Below, in pieces: positions 10,830 to 20,589 of a DNA stretch of 64,000 bases. Below the pieces are notes generated by a model. The model ran no database searches and was not told where the DNA came from. It saw nothing but the letters and a program-made list of their open reading frames with translations. Within the stretch, counting starts at the first letter, position 1. Every line of letters begins with the position of its first letter. Source of the DNA: Rhodospirillales bacterium (lineage in GTDB: Bacteria > Pseudomonadota > Alphaproteobacteria > UBA828); the NCBI GenBank assembly GCA_028818855.1, contig JAPPMY010000259.1, forward strand, positions 6,299-70,298, in the 5' to 3' direction. A program made the translations under genes and the position numbers.

Positions 10830-11978
10830 ATGTCGCGCGCCGCGTCGTCCTGCAAGCTCATGTCCGTCGAGGAGACGGTCGAGGAGTTTCGCAACGGGCG
10901 AATGGTCATCCTCGCCGACGACGAGGAACGGGAGAACGAGGGCGATCTGGTCATCCCGGCCCAGATGGCGACGCCCGAGGCCATCAACTTCATGGCCCGC
11001 TTCGGCCGCGGGCTGATCTGCCTCACGCTGGGCAGCGACCGGGTGCGCGATCTCGGGCTCGAGCTGATGCCCAAGCGCAACGAATCCCGCCACGACACGG
11101 CGTTCACCGTCTCCATCGAGGCGCGCGAGGGGATCACCACCGGCATCTCGGCCTCCGACCGCGCGCGTACGATCTCGGTCGCCATCGACCCGCGCTGCGG
11201 ACCGGACGATCTGACCTCGCCGGGCCATGTCTTCCCCCTCGTCGCCCGCGACGGCGGCGTGCTGGTGCGGACCGGGCACACCGAGGCGAGCGTGGACCTC
11301 GCCCGTCTGGCCGGCCTCAACCCGTCTGCCGTGATCTGCGAGATCATGAACGACGACGGGAGCATGGCGCGGATGCCGGACCTCGAGGCCTTCTCCCAGC
11401 GCCACAACGTCAGGATCGCGACCATCGCCGACCTGATCGCCTACCGGCTGCGCCACGACAGCATCATCCGCAGGGTTCGGGAGACCACCTTCAGTTCCCA
11501 CCACGGCGGCGCCTTCCGCATGTACGTCTATGCCGACACGGTGCAGAAGGCCGAGCACATCGCGCTGGTGAAGGGCGACGTGTGGGACAACGAGCCGGTG
11601 CCCGTGCGCGCCCATGCCTTCAATATCCTGGACGACGGGCTCGCCGACACCTCGAGCGAGAACACCGGCAAGCTGCAGGCTGCGCTCCGCATGATCGGCG
11701 AGCTCGGCCGCGGCGTCGTCGTGGTGATCCGCGAGCCCTTCCCCGTGCGGCTCTCGGAGCCGGTGGAGCCGGACGGCCAGCAGGAGGACTCCGAGGGACT
11801 CCGGGACTATGGCGTCGCCGCGCAGATCCTGCTCGACCTCGGCGTACGCGACATGATCCTGCTTCACAACACGCATTGGACCATCGTCGGGCTCGACGGC
11901 TACGGGCTCCGGGTGGTCGACGAGCGCCCGATCTCGGACGGGGCGCGGCGCGCATGGATGGCGAGCTCCGATGGCTGA
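10830..11978 (+). CDS. ribB: 3,4-dihydroxy-2-butanone-4-phosphate synthase fused to a degenerate GTP cyclohydrolase II-like domain (RibBX type)
   Basis: DDEERENEGDL, AFTVSIEA, TGISASDRA, PGHVFPL, GHTEA; C-terminal LRDYGVAAQILLDLGV but no Zn-binding cysteines. Confidence 0.93.
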   Translation: MSRAASSCKLMSVEETVEEFRNGRMVILADDEERENEGDLVIPAQMATPEAINFMARFGRGLICLTLGSDRVRDLGLELMPKRNESRHDTAFTVSIEAREGITTGISASDRARTISVAIDPRCGPDDLTSPGHVFPLVARDGGVLVRTGHTEASVDLARLAGLNPSAVICEIMNDDGSMARMPDLEAFSQRHNVRIATIADLIAYRLRHDSIIRRVRETTFSSHHGGAFRMYVYADTVQKAEHIALVKGDVWDNEPVPVRAHAFNILDDGLADTSSENTGKLQAALRMIGELGRGVVVVIREPFPVRLSEPVEPDGQQEDSEGLRDYGVAAQILLDLGVRDMILLHNTHWTIVGLDGYGLRVVDERPISDGARRAWMASSDG

Positions 11979-12417
11979 GGGGCAGCGGGTTCTCATCCTC
12001 GAGGCGCGCTTCTACGAGGACATCGCCGATCAGCTCGTGGCAGGCGCGGCAGGCGCCCTCGACGCGGCCGGCGTGGAACACGAGCGGATCAGCGTGCCCG
12101 GCGCCTTCGAGCTGCCGGCGGCGCTCGCCATGGCGATCGACAGCGGACGCTACGACGGCTTCGTCGCGCTCGGCTGCGTGATCCGGGGCGAGACCAGCCA
12201 CTACGATCACGTGTGCGGCGAGAGCGCGCGCGGGCTCGCCATGCTGGCTGAGCGTCACCGCGCGGCCCTCGGCTTCGGCGTGGTGACCGCCGAGAACCGC
12301 GAGCAGGCGTGGGAGCGGGCGGCGCTGGAGCGTCGCAACAAGGGCGCCGACGCCGCCAGGGCGTGCCTCGCGATGATGGCGATCCGCGCCGCCCTCGGCG
12401 CGCCGGCACGGGGCTAG
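11971..12417 (+). CDS. ribH: 6,7-dimethyl-8-ribityllumazine synthase
   Basis: ARFY, VPGAFELP, LGCVIRGETSHYD, NKG. Confidence 0.96.
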   Translation: MAEGQRVLILEARFYEDIADQLVAGAAGALDAAGVEHERISVPGAFELPAALAMAIDSGRYDGFVALGCVIRGETSHYDHVCGESARGLAMLAERHRAALGFGVVTAENREQAWERAALERRNKGADAARACLAMMAIRAALGAPARG

Positions 12418-12422
12418 GCAGG

Positions 12423-12947
12423 ATGACAGCCGCGCCGGGCACCGCTCGGGCGCAGGCGCCACGCGGCCAGGGGCGGAGCAGCGCACGCCTTGCCTGCGTG
12501 CAGGCCCTCTACCAGATCGAGCTGTCGGGCCAGTCGGCGGACGCGGTGATCGAGGAGTTCCTGAGCCACCGCGCGGGCCACGAGATCGACGGCGAGCGCT
12601 ATGCGGCCCCCCACCGCCGCCACTTCGAGCGCGTCGTGCGGGAGGCTTCGGCGCGGGCCGGCGAGTTCGACGCCCTGGTGACGGCGACGCTGGCCGAGCG
12701 CTGGAGTCTGGAGCGTCTCGGCGCCGTCGTGCGTGCGCTCCTGCGCGCGGCCACCTGCGAGCTTGCGACCTGCCCCGACGTGCCGGCCCGCGTGGTCATC
12801 AACGAGTACGTCGAGCTTGCGCGCGCCTTCTACTCCGAGCGGGAGCCGGCCTTCGTCAACGGCGCGCTGGACAGCCTCGCGCGGCGGCTTCGCGCGGCGG
12901 AGATGGCGGACGGAGCGGACCATGGTCGGCCGGCGCAAGAGCGGTGA
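12423..12947 (+). CDS. nusB: Transcription antitermination factor NusB
   Basis: RSSARLACVQALYQ, VVINEYVELA, FVNGALD; lies between ribH and thiL. Confidence 0.95.
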   Translation: MTAAPGTARAQAPRGQGRSSARLACVQALYQIELSGQSADAVIEEFLSHRAGHEIDGERYAAPHRRHFERVVREASARAGEFDALVTATLAERWSLERLGAVVRALLRAATCELATCPDVPARVVINEYVELARAFYSEREPAFVNGALDSLARRLRAAEMADGADHGRPAQER

Positions 12948-13911
12948 GTTCGACCTTATCGAGCGCGTCTTCCGGCCGCTGAGCCGCGCCGCCCCCGGCG
13001 CCTTCGCGCTCGGCAACGACGGCGCGCTGCTGACTCCGCCCGCAGGCGCCTCCCTCGTCGTCACCAAGGACGTGATGGTGGCGGGCGTCCACTACCCGGA
13101 GGGCGAGGACCCCGCGACTGTCGCCCGCCGGCTGCTGCGCGTGAACCTCTCGGACCTCGCCGCCATGGGCGCGGAGGCCAGCTCCTACGCGCTCGGCCTC
13201 GCGCTGCCGGAGGATGCGGACGATGCCTGGGTGCAGGCGTTTGCGGCAGGGCTCGCGCGAGACCAGGAGGCGTTCGGCGTCGCGCTGGTGGGCGGCGACA
13301 CGGTGGCGGCGCGGGGACCTGCGGTGCTCTCGCTCACCGCCTTCGGCTGGGTGGCGGGTGAGGCCTGCCTCACCCGCGCGGGCGCGGGCGAAGGCGACGA
13401 CATCTATGTCTCGGGCACCATCGGCGATGCGGCGCTGGGTCTGCGGGCGGTGCAGGGCGACCTCCCCGCGCTCGCGGCGGAGGACCGCGCGGCGCTTGCA
13501 GCGCGCTTCCGCCTGCCCGAGCCCCGGCTCGCGCTGGGTGCCGCGCTCATCGGCATTGCCACCTGCGCCATCGACGTCTCCGACGGTCTCGTCGCGGACC
13601 TCGGGCACATCTGTGAAGAATCAGGAGTCGCGGCACGCGTCACGGCCGGCGCCGTGCCGTTCTCGGAACCCGCGCGGCGCGCGCTGGCTGCGGGGGAGGC
13701 GGCGGTCGCCGACCTCGTGAGCGGCGGCGACGACTACGAGCTGCTCTTCTGCGCGGCGCCGTCAGCGCGCGCTGTCATCGAGGCCCTGGGCCAGCGCCTC
13801 GACCTGCCGCTGACCCGCATCGGGATCGTCGAGCCCGGCGCAGGCGCCACGATCCTGGGAGCCGACGGCGAGCCGCTCGCGCTCCACCGCGCCGGCTACA
13901 CCCATTTTTAG
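12922..13911 (+). CDS. thiL: Thiamine-monophosphate kinase
   Basis: EFDLI, VNLSDLAAMGA, LVGGDT, IDVSDGLVADL, GGDDYELLF, GYTHF. Confidence 0.96.
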   Translation: MVGRRKSGEFDLIERVFRPLSRAAPGAFALGNDGALLTPPAGASLVVTKDVMVAGVHYPEGEDPATVARRLLRVNLSDLAAMGAEASSYALGLALPEDADDAWVQAFAAGLARDQEAFGVALVGGDTVAARGPAVLSLTAFGWVAGEACLTRAGAGEGDDIYVSGTIGDAALGLRAVQGDLPALAAEDRAALAARFRLPEPRLALGAALIGIATCAIDVSDGLVADLGHICEESGVAARVTAGAVPFSEPARRALAAGEAAVADLVSGGDDYELLFCAAPSARAVIEALGQRLDLPLTRIGIVEPGAGATILGADGEPLALHRAGYTHF

Positions 13912-13938
13912 AGCGCATCCGTCTTGGACGGATGCGCT
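13912..13938 (+). terminator. Perfect hairpin directly after the thiL stop
   Basis: AGCGCATCCGTC-TTG-GACGGATGCGCT (12-bp stem); only a short T tail. Confidence 0.55.
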
Positions 13939-14030
13939 TCGGGGTCCCTTGCGCGAAACCGGGAGCCGCGCGCCCAAGAGTAGCCTCGCGCCCGGCCTGC
14001 CCGACGCGATGACCCGGAAACTTCAATTTA

Positions 14031-14154
14031 AGGCGGCCTATACCGGCCTATTCCGGTCCATAGTGGCACATAATGGCACATAGTGGTCCAAAGTGGCCCA
14101 AGGGAGACGGTCCAAAATGGCTCATTCCGGCCCATAGCGGCTCACTCTGACCCC
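14031..14154. repeat. Degenerate 10-bp tandem repeat array (7 units, 4-nt insert, 4-5 units)
   Basis: aggcggccta taccggccta ttccggtcca tagtggcaca taatggcaca tagtggtcca aagtggccca [aggg] agacggtcca aaatggctca ttccggccca tagcggctca (ctctgacccc). Confidence 0.85.
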
Positions 14155-14442
14155 AAGGAGGCCCGTGAACGGAGAGCGAGCGACGCGCATGGCGCCGGCA
14201 GCGCCGCCCCAGGCCGCGCGAGAGCCTGCCGGGCGACAATTTCCCCCTCCCGTCTCCTTCGACCGCGCGCGCTCCGGGCCGCCCGGACGCGCGCATCCTT
14301 CCGTCCGCCACATGGCGCGATGATCGCGCAGGTGCCGGCCCCGCTGCACCGCACCATGGTTCGGGGAGTCGCGGTGCGCCAGAACGTGCCGTGCGCGTCA
14401 GGGCGTATCCATGCAAGACGGATAGCCGCTGGCGCTCCGTAC

Positions 14443-15480
14443 CTAGTCGGGCGGCTTGGACGAGCGGCCCCTGTCTCGCCTCCTGCGCCTTCCTCCCCGC
14501 GGCTTCCTGGCGGCGCCGGACGTTCCGAACAGCGTCTGCCGGAAGGTGTCGTCGATAGCGACCGCGGCGATGAGCGTCACGCCGATGAGCACCTGCTGCA
14601 GAAATTGCGATGTGTCGGTGACGACCAGCCCGTTGCGCAGCACGCCCACGAAGAAGAGGCCGGCGACCACGCCCGAGATGCGGCCGATGCCGCCGGCGAA
14701 GGCCACGCCGCCGAGCAGCACCACGGTAAGCGCGTTGATCTCCAGACCCTGACCCGTGATCGGCGTCGCGGCGGCAAGTTTGGAGGCGAGCATCAGGCCG
14801 GCGAGGCCCGAGGCGATACCGACCTGGACGAACATCAGGAACTGCACCCGCTGAACCGGCACGCCCATGAGGAAGGCCACCCGCTGGTTGCCGCCAACGG
14901 CCTTGAGCCGCCGGCCATAGGGCAGCCGCTCGAGCACGAGAACCCCATAGATGATCGCCGCGGCCAGGATGAAGATTTCGAGCGGAATGCCACCGACCCG
15001 GATCAGGCCGAGGTCGATGAAGGCGTCGGGCAGCCCGGCCACGGTTCGCCCGCCGGTGACGTAGAGCGCGAGCCCGCCCCACACGGAGAGCGCGCCCAGC
15101 GTCACGACGATCGAGTTGAGCCGCAGATAGCTCACGAGGATGCCGTTGATCACGCCGGCGGCAAGCCCCACGCCCAACCCTGCCGCGATGCCGCCCACGG
15201 TCGAGCCGGTATCGCGCATGATGAGCGCGCCGATGATGCCCGCGAAGCTCGCGATGGAGCCGACCGACAGATCGACCGCGCCGCAGATGACCAGCAGCGC
15301 AAGCGGGATCGACACGACGCCCAGCGCGGAGACCGCCTCGCCCACGTTGCGCGCGTTCGCAAGGGTCAGGAAATGCTCGTTCGCGAAGTTGAAGAAGACG
15401 ATCAGGATGACGAGTCCGACCAGAGTCCCGTTCCGGGCCAGCGCGAACTGGACTCTCCTGGCGAGTTCTGTCGTCGTCAT
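14443..15480 (-). CDS. Monosaccharide (RbsC-type) ABC transporter permease
   Basis: VDLSVGS, IVVTLG, GRRLKAVGGN, EINALTVVLLGG..FAGGIG. Confidence 0.92.
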   Translation of the reverse strand: MTTTELARRVQFALARNGTLVGLVILIVFFNFANEHFLTLANARNVGEAVSALGVVSIPLALLVICGAVDLSVGSIASFAGIIGALIMRDTGSTVGGIAAGLGVGLAAGVINGILVSYLRLNSIVVTLGALSVWGGLALYVTGGRTVAGLPDAFIDLGLIRVGGIPLEIFILAAAIIYGVLVLERLPYGRRLKAVGGNQRVAFLMGVPVQRVQFLMFVQVGIASGLAGLMLASKLAAATPITGQGLEINALTVVLLGGVAFAGGIGRISGVVAGLFFVGVLRNGLVVTDTSQFLQQVLIGVTLIAAVAIDDTFRQTLFGTSGAARKPRGGRRRRRDRGRSSKPPD

Positions 15481-15511
15481 GTCACGGCACCCGGAATGAT
15501 CTTCCGCGCCC

Positions 15512-17020
15512 TCATGCAGCCCGTCGGATGAGGGCCTCGAGCAGACGCTCGCTCCAGTCCGCGCTCCGCTCCAGCGCCTGCCACGGAGCGCCCTCGCAGA
15601 CGAAGGCGCGGTCGCAGAGCAGCTCGATCTCGTCGGATTCGGACGACGCGACCAGCACCGTCACGCCCTCGCCGGTCAGCCGCCGCAACGCGCGCGCGAT
15701 GTCGGCCCGCGCGCCGACATCGACTCCCTGCGTCGGCTGGGAGAGCAGCAGCACCTTGGGCTGGCGGCCGAAGAGCCAGCGGCCGACGACGAGCTTCTGG
15801 CGATTGCCGCCGCTCAGCGCGACGATGGGATCGTCGATGTGCCCGGTCTCCACGTTGAGCACGTCCTCCGCCCGCGCGTAGACCTTCGCCGCCTTGGCAT
15901 GGGAGAAGGCGAGGAACCTGGTGTGATGGCGCATCCACGGCAGGACGAGATTGTCGAGCGCCGACATGTGCGCGAGCAGACCGTCGCGCTCGCGGTTGGC
16001 GCTGACGTAGTAGACGCCGCGGCGGATGGCTTCGCGCGGCGAGTGCGGCGCGAAGCGCCGGCCATCCAGCTCGGCATCCGCGCGCTCGCCCAGACCATAG
16101 AGCGATTCCAGAAACGTGAACTGCGGCCCTGCCGCCATGCCGAACAGCCCGACGATCTCGCCTCGCTGGAATTGGAAGCGCTGCCCGCCGGCCCATTCCA
16201 CGCTCAACATGGTTTCGTCCGCCGCGCTGTCGACGTGGACGTGCTCGATCGCCTGCATCTCCGGCACGAGCGCGGCCGAAAGCTCGGCAATGCCGAAGCC
16301 CGCAGCCGGCCGGTCGAGCACGACATGGCCGCCCCGCAGGACGACGAGGCGCGTGCAGACCTCGAGGATGTCGCGCAGGCGGTGCGAGACATAGACGATG
16401 CCGTGGCCTTCGGAGGCGAGCCTGCGCAGGAGATCGTGCAGGCGGTCGGTCTCGTGCTGGCCGAGCGCGCCGGTCGGCTCGTCGAGCAGCAGCACGTGCA
16501 GGTTCGTCGACAGCGCGCGCGCCAGGTCGACGACCTGCTTCTCGCCGAACGCGAGCGCGGAAACCGGCTGATCGACCTCCAGCGTCGAGCCCAGAAGCGC
16601 CAGAGCCTCCCGCGCGATGCGCCGACGCTTTCGGGGCGAGAGCCGCTCGTCCGCCCGGCCGAGAGTGATGTTGTCCGCGACCGAAAGGTTGTCCGAGAGC
16701 GCGGGCTCCTGGTGGATCACCTTGATGCCGGCGCGCTCCATGTCGCGCGGGTTGCCGCGCAGCGGAACGGATCGCCCCTCCACCTCCATCGTGCCGCGCT
16801 GCGGACGAAGCGCCCCCGTGGCGACGTTCACGAGTGTCGACTTTCCGGCGCCGTTGTGCCCCAGAAGCCCGACGATCTCACCCGGTCGAATCTCGAATGC
16901 CACGTCGGCCAGCGCCACATTGCCGCCGAAGGCGACATGCACGTCGGCCATGCGGAGCAGCGGCGCTCCCGCTGCCGCGTCAGTCACAGCGGCGACGGGA
17001 GCGCCGGCCGTTTGCTCCAT
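15512..17020 (-). CDS. Monosaccharide (RbsA-type) ABC transporter ATP-binding protein with tandem ATPase domains
   Basis: GHNGAGKST, LLLDEPT, second domain LSGGNRQK and PTQGVDVGA. Confidence 0.93.
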   Translation of the reverse strand: MEQTAGAPVAAVTDAAAGAPLLRMADVHVAFGGNVALADVAFEIRPGEIVGLLGHNGAGKSTLVNVATGALRPQRGTMEVEGRSVPLRGNPRDMERAGIKVIHQEPALSDNLSVADNITLGRADERLSPRKRRRIAREALALLGSTLEVDQPVSALAFGEKQVVDLARALSTNLHVLLLDEPTGALGQHETDRLHDLLRRLASEGHGIVYVSHRLRDILEVCTRLVVLRGGHVVLDRPAAGFGIAELSAALVPEMQAIEHVHVDSAADETMLSVEWAGGQRFQFQRGEIVGLFGMAAGPQFTFLESLYGLGERADAELDGRRFAPHSPREAIRRGVYYVSANRERDGLLAHMSALDNLVLPWMRHHTRFLAFSHAKAAKVYARAEDVLNVETGHIDDPIVALSGGNRQKLVVGRWLFGRQPKVLLLSQPTQGVDVGARADIARALRRLTGEGVTVLVASSESDEIELLCDRAFVCEGAPWQALERSADWSERLLEALIRRAA

Positions 17021-17059
17021 GGGACGGCGGCGGCGTCCGCCCGGCGAAGCGAGACGCGG

Positions 17060-18016
17060 TCAGTGCCTCACGTTGCCGACGTAGAAGTTCTTCGCCGTCT
17101 CGGGATTGACCAGCTCCGGCAGGACGTAGACATCCTCGAGGGGCTGCCCTTCCGCTGCCGCAACCAGGAAGTTCTCGTTCACCTCGGCCAGCGTCTCGCT
17201 GCGGAAGGCGAAGGCCATCCGATAGATGCTGTTCGGAAGCTGAATCAGGTCGAGATCTTCGTTGGTCACGTCCATGCCGGCGAGGAAGTAGCGCGGATCG
17301 TCCGGCGCCACGCCGGCGTCCGTCAGCGCCTTGTAGACCCCCTTCATGTTGTCGTTCGAGAAGGAGAGCCAGATGGTCGTATCCGGGTGCGCGGTGAGCT
17401 GCTGTTTGGCCGCGGTGTAGCCGTTCTCGCGCGACAGCGCGGGCACCTTGTAGACCATGGCGTTGGGCAGGCCTTCCTTGACGCCCTCGTAGATGCCTTT
17501 GACGCGCAGCGCGGTCAGGTCGTTCTGCTCGTCGCTGAGCACGCAGATCTCGACCGCCGCGTCTGCCCCGATGTTCTCCGTGACCCAGTTGACCGCATAC
17601 TCGGCGATCGATCGGCCGTCCTTCTCGGGATTGGTCAGCATTGCTGCCGAGATGCCACGCCAGTGCACGGCGTAGCCGATCACCGGGATGCCGGCGTCCT
17701 GGGCCTGCCGCGTCACGGGGATCATGGCGTCCGCATTGATCGGCCATCCCATGATCGCCTTGACCTTGCGCTGCGCGATCCAGGACTTCCAGTCCTGCAC
17801 CTGCTGCTCGACGCGGAACTGCGGATCATGCGTGATGAGCTGGTAGCCCTTGCTCGCGAGCGACGGCTCCATCAGCGCGATGATGTCGTTCCAGAGCGCG
17901 ATGGTCGAGCCGCCGAAGCTCATCGCGACGGCGCCCTTGTCTTCTTCTGCATAAAGTTTGGAGGCGCCGACCAAAACTAGCAGCGCTGCAAGTGCAGAAA
18001 TTATGAGCCGTTTCAT
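17060..18016 (-). CDS. Sugar ABC transporter periplasmic binding protein
   Basis: Signal peptide MKRLIISALAALLVLVG; Peripla_BP-like body; GGGAGG RBS; first gene of the operon. Confidence 0.85.
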   Translation of the reverse strand: MKRLIISALAALLVLVGASKLYAEEDKGAVAMSFGGSTIALWNDIIALMEPSLASKGYQLITHDPQFRVEQQVQDWKSWIAQRKVKAIMGWPINADAMIPVTRQAQDAGIPVIGYAVHWRGISAAMLTNPEKDGRSIAEYAVNWVTENIGADAAVEICVLSDEQNDLTALRVKGIYEGVKEGLPNAMVYKVPALSRENGYTAAKQQLTAHPDTTIWLSFSNDNMKGVYKALTDAGVAPDDPRYFLAGMDVTNEDLDLIQLPNSIYRMAFAFRSETLAEVNENFLVAAAEGQPLEDVYVLPELVNPETAKNFYVGNVRH

Positions 18017-18056
18017 TCTCTAGTCCTCCCTTCATTCGATTTATTCTTGTCCAACA

Positions 18057-18085
18057 ACGGTATGCCCCGCCCGGAATCGTGTCAA
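18057..18085 (-). promoter_or_regulatory. Putative sigma70 promoter of the sugar ABC operon
   Basis: Minus strand TTGACA-N17-TACCGT, about 40 nt before the ATG. Confidence 0.5.
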
Positions 18086-18137
18086 GATTCGCGGGCGATT
18101 CGGTTTACTCCCCGAAGCGATACAATGCTGCGCCGGT

Positions 18138-19577
18138 CTAGTCGCAGCAAATCTGCGGCCTTCGTTCGAACCACGGCCGCTCCCGCTCGATCTGGCCGGC
18201 GAGCCGGAGCAGCGTCGCTTCGTCGCCGATGCGCCCCATGAACTGAATGCCGATCGGAACGCCGGCCTCGTTCCAATGCACCGGCACCGATATCGCCGGC
18301 TGCCCGGTCCAGTTCGCGACCACGGTAAACGGAATGTCCTCCAGCATGATCTGGCGCCAGTACTCCTCGTAGGGCGTGGTCGCCACGTTCTGGCGGCCGA
18401 CCCTGGGCGTGGAGATCACCCGGTTCGGCGTCAGCACGATGTCATATGGCTCGCTGATCGCGAGCATCTGCGCGCTCAGCCGGCGATAGGCGGCGATGTC
18501 GAGCGCATGTTGCAGGCCGGACATGCCGTCGGCCTCGGCTGCGGAGCGGCGGACGAAGGTGGAGAATTCGTCCTCTGCGGGCTCTCGCCCGAACTCCTGC
18601 CGCGCGAAGTCGTAGACCATGCCGTGCAGGATCGTCACGAAGCGCCGCTCGATCTCGGCCATCGCGGCAAAGTCGTAGTCGAAACCCGTCTGCTCGACGT
18701 CGTGCCCCAGTGACTCGCAAAGCGCCGCCGCCGCCTCGACGGCGGCCACGCAATCGGCGTCGAGCGGCAGCCCGCTCGGCGATTCGGTGGCATAGCCGAT
18801 GCGCAGTCTCTCCGGGTCTCTCGCGGCCTCTTCCACGTAGGGCCGCTCGGGCTCCGGAAGGCGGTACTGGTTGGCGAGCGTGTAATCGGCGATGGCATCG
18901 GTGTATGCCGCGGTGTCGCGGACGCTGAGCGACACGCAGCCGACGACGCCGCCACCATAGAGGACGTCGGGATAGGCCGGCAAGAAGGTGGTGCGCCCGC
19001 GCGAGACCTTCAGCCCCACGAGCGCGCAATCGCCGGCGGGAAAGCGGATCGACCCTGCGCCGTCGGCCGCGCTCGCAATCGGCAGGACGCGCGCGGCCAC
19101 CGCGCTCGCTGCGCCGCCGCTGGAGCCGCCCGGCGTGTGGTCCGGATGCCAGGGATTGCGGGTGTCGCCGAAGAGCGGGGATTCCGTCTGCGAGCCCCAG
19201 CCGCACTCGGGCGCCGTGGTCTTGGCCACCAGCAGAAAGCCGGCCGCCTTCGCGCTCGTCACGGCGCCCATGTCGAAGGTCGACACGTAGTCCTTGAACA
19301 TCCGGCAGCACTGCGTCGAGACCGTGCCTTCGTAGTCCATGAAGCTGTCCTTGAGGAGGAAGGGAACGCCCATGAACGGCCCGGCCGGGATCTCGCCTGC
19401 GGCAAGCGACCGTCCCAGCTCGTAGCACCTCACCGAGACGAAATTGAGGCTCGGATTGACGGACTCGATCCGCTCGATCGCCGCTTCCATCACCTCGGCG
19501 GCGGATACCTCGCGATTACGAATGAGCCGGGCCAGGCCGAGCGCATCGTAGTTTCCGAACTCGTCCCCGATCGCCAT
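18138..19577 (-). CDS. Amidase signature family protein
   Basis: GVPFLLKD, TRNPW, PGGSSGGA, DGAGSIRFP, NWTGQPAISVP. Confidence 0.93.
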   Translation of the reverse strand: MAIGDEFGNYDALGLARLIRNREVSAAEVMEAAIERIESVNPSLNFVSVRCYELGRSLAAGEIPAGPFMGVPFLLKDSFMDYEGTVSTQCCRMFKDYVSTFDMGAVTSAKAAGFLLVAKTTAPECGWGSQTESPLFGDTRNPWHPDHTPGGSSGGAASAVAARVLPIASAADGAGSIRFPAGDCALVGLKVSRGRTTFLPAYPDVLYGGGVVGCVSLSVRDTAAYTDAIADYTLANQYRLPEPERPYVEEAARDPERLRIGYATESPSGLPLDADCVAAVEAAAALCESLGHDVEQTGFDYDFAAMAEIERRFVTILHGMVYDFARQEFGREPAEDEFSTFVRRSAAEADGMSGLQHALDIAAYRRLSAQMLAISEPYDIVLTPNRVISTPRVGRQNVATTPYEEYWRQIMLEDIPFTVVANWTGQPAISVPVHWNEAGVPIGIQFMGRIGDEATLLRLAGQIERERPWFERRPQICCD

Positions 19578-19617
19578 TGGAGCCTCCTGTGCGCCTGCCG
19601 GTCTCGACGGTGTCAGG

Positions 19618-20589
19618 TCAGCGTCGGGACCAGCACTGCTCGGCCACGCGGAGGAAGTTCCCTCCCATGATGGCCGCGATGTCGTCGCCGCCGTAGCCGC
19701 GCTCCGCCAACCGCGCGCCCAGCGCGCCAGCCGCTTCCGGAGTCACGAAACCGAGAGTCTTGAAGAAGCCTTCGCCGTATCCGAACTCCGGCGGAAACCA
19801 GTAGGCGGGATCCTCGCCTTCCGGCAGGTAGTCCAGCTCCGGGTCGTAGACGTAGTCGAGCCCGACCCCGATGTGCCGGGTGCCGACGCGCGCGGCCAGG
19901 TAGTCGATGACCTGGATCATCGCGTCGGCCTCGGCCTCTCCGCCCGGCAGGAACGCGCCGATCCCGTTGACGCCGATGACGCCGTCGAGCCCGGCGCAGG
20001 CCTCGATCATGTCGTCGGTGATGTTGCGCAGGTTGCCGTTCAGCACGCGCGCATTGGAGTGGCTGAAGACCAGCGGCTTCCGCGCGACCTCCATGATCCG
20101 CATCACCGTCTCTTCGTTCATGTGCGAGCAGTCGACCACGATGCCCGCCTCCTCGCAGGCGCGCACGAACGCCTCGCCGAGTGCCGTCAGGGGGGCGCCC
20201 ACCTCGTAGCACCCGCCGGCGGCCTCGTTCGCGCGGTTGTAGGCGAGGAGCACCTGCCGCACGCCCAGCTCGGCGTAAAGGGCGAGCGTAGAAGGGTTGG
20301 CGAGCAGCGGCACAGAACCCTCCAGGTCGAAGCCGACGGCGAGCTTGCCCTGCCGCGCCGCCACGCGTACGTCCTCGATGGAGCGGGCCGCGATGAAATC
20401 GGGCGAGCGCGCGATCTGCTCGCGAAACGACGCGAGCATGGACACGATGTCCGAGAGCGGCGTCATGTCCATGCCGACATTGATCGAGACGTAGTCGAAG
20501 CCCGCGTCGCGATGCCGCTTCAGGGACGCAAGGTCGTAGTCCGCTGTGAGCGGCACGCAGCTATGGGCATCCCAGCGAATATCAACCAT
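19618..20589 (-). CDS. Membrane dipeptidase (peptidase M19) family amidohydrolase
   Basis: DAHSC, FDLEG, VDCSH, FSHSN, RNITD, HIGVGLDY. Confidence 0.88.
   Translation of the reverse strand: MVDIRWDAHSCVPLTADYDLASLKRHRDAGFDYVSINVGMDMTPLSDIVSMLASFREQIARSPDFIAARSIEDVRVAARQGKLAVGFDLEGSVPLLANPSTLALYAELGVRQVLLAYNRANEAAGGCYEVGAPLTALGEAFVRACEEAGIVVDCSHMNEETVMRIMEVARKPLVFSHSNARVLNGNLRNITDDMIEACAGLDGVIGVNGIGAFLPGGEAEADAMIQVIDYLAARVGTRHIGVGLDYVYDPELDYLPEGEDPAYWFPPEFGYGEGFFKTLGFVTPEAAGALGARLAERGYGGDDIAAIMGGNFLRVAEQCWSRR

Noticed and set aside
8622-10830. FMN riboswitch for the rib genes
   Set aside because: The genes are tightly packed, with no room for a leader and no RFN consensus
14031-14154. CRISPR array interpretation of the repeats
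   Set aside because: Units are 10 bp, contiguous and degenerate, with no unique spacers and no cas genes
19618-20589. H-x-C in place of H-x-D in the dipeptidase as a sign of inactivation
   Set aside because: The other metal ligands are intact, and I recall this variant in other bacterial M19 proteins; not distinctive enough without an alignment
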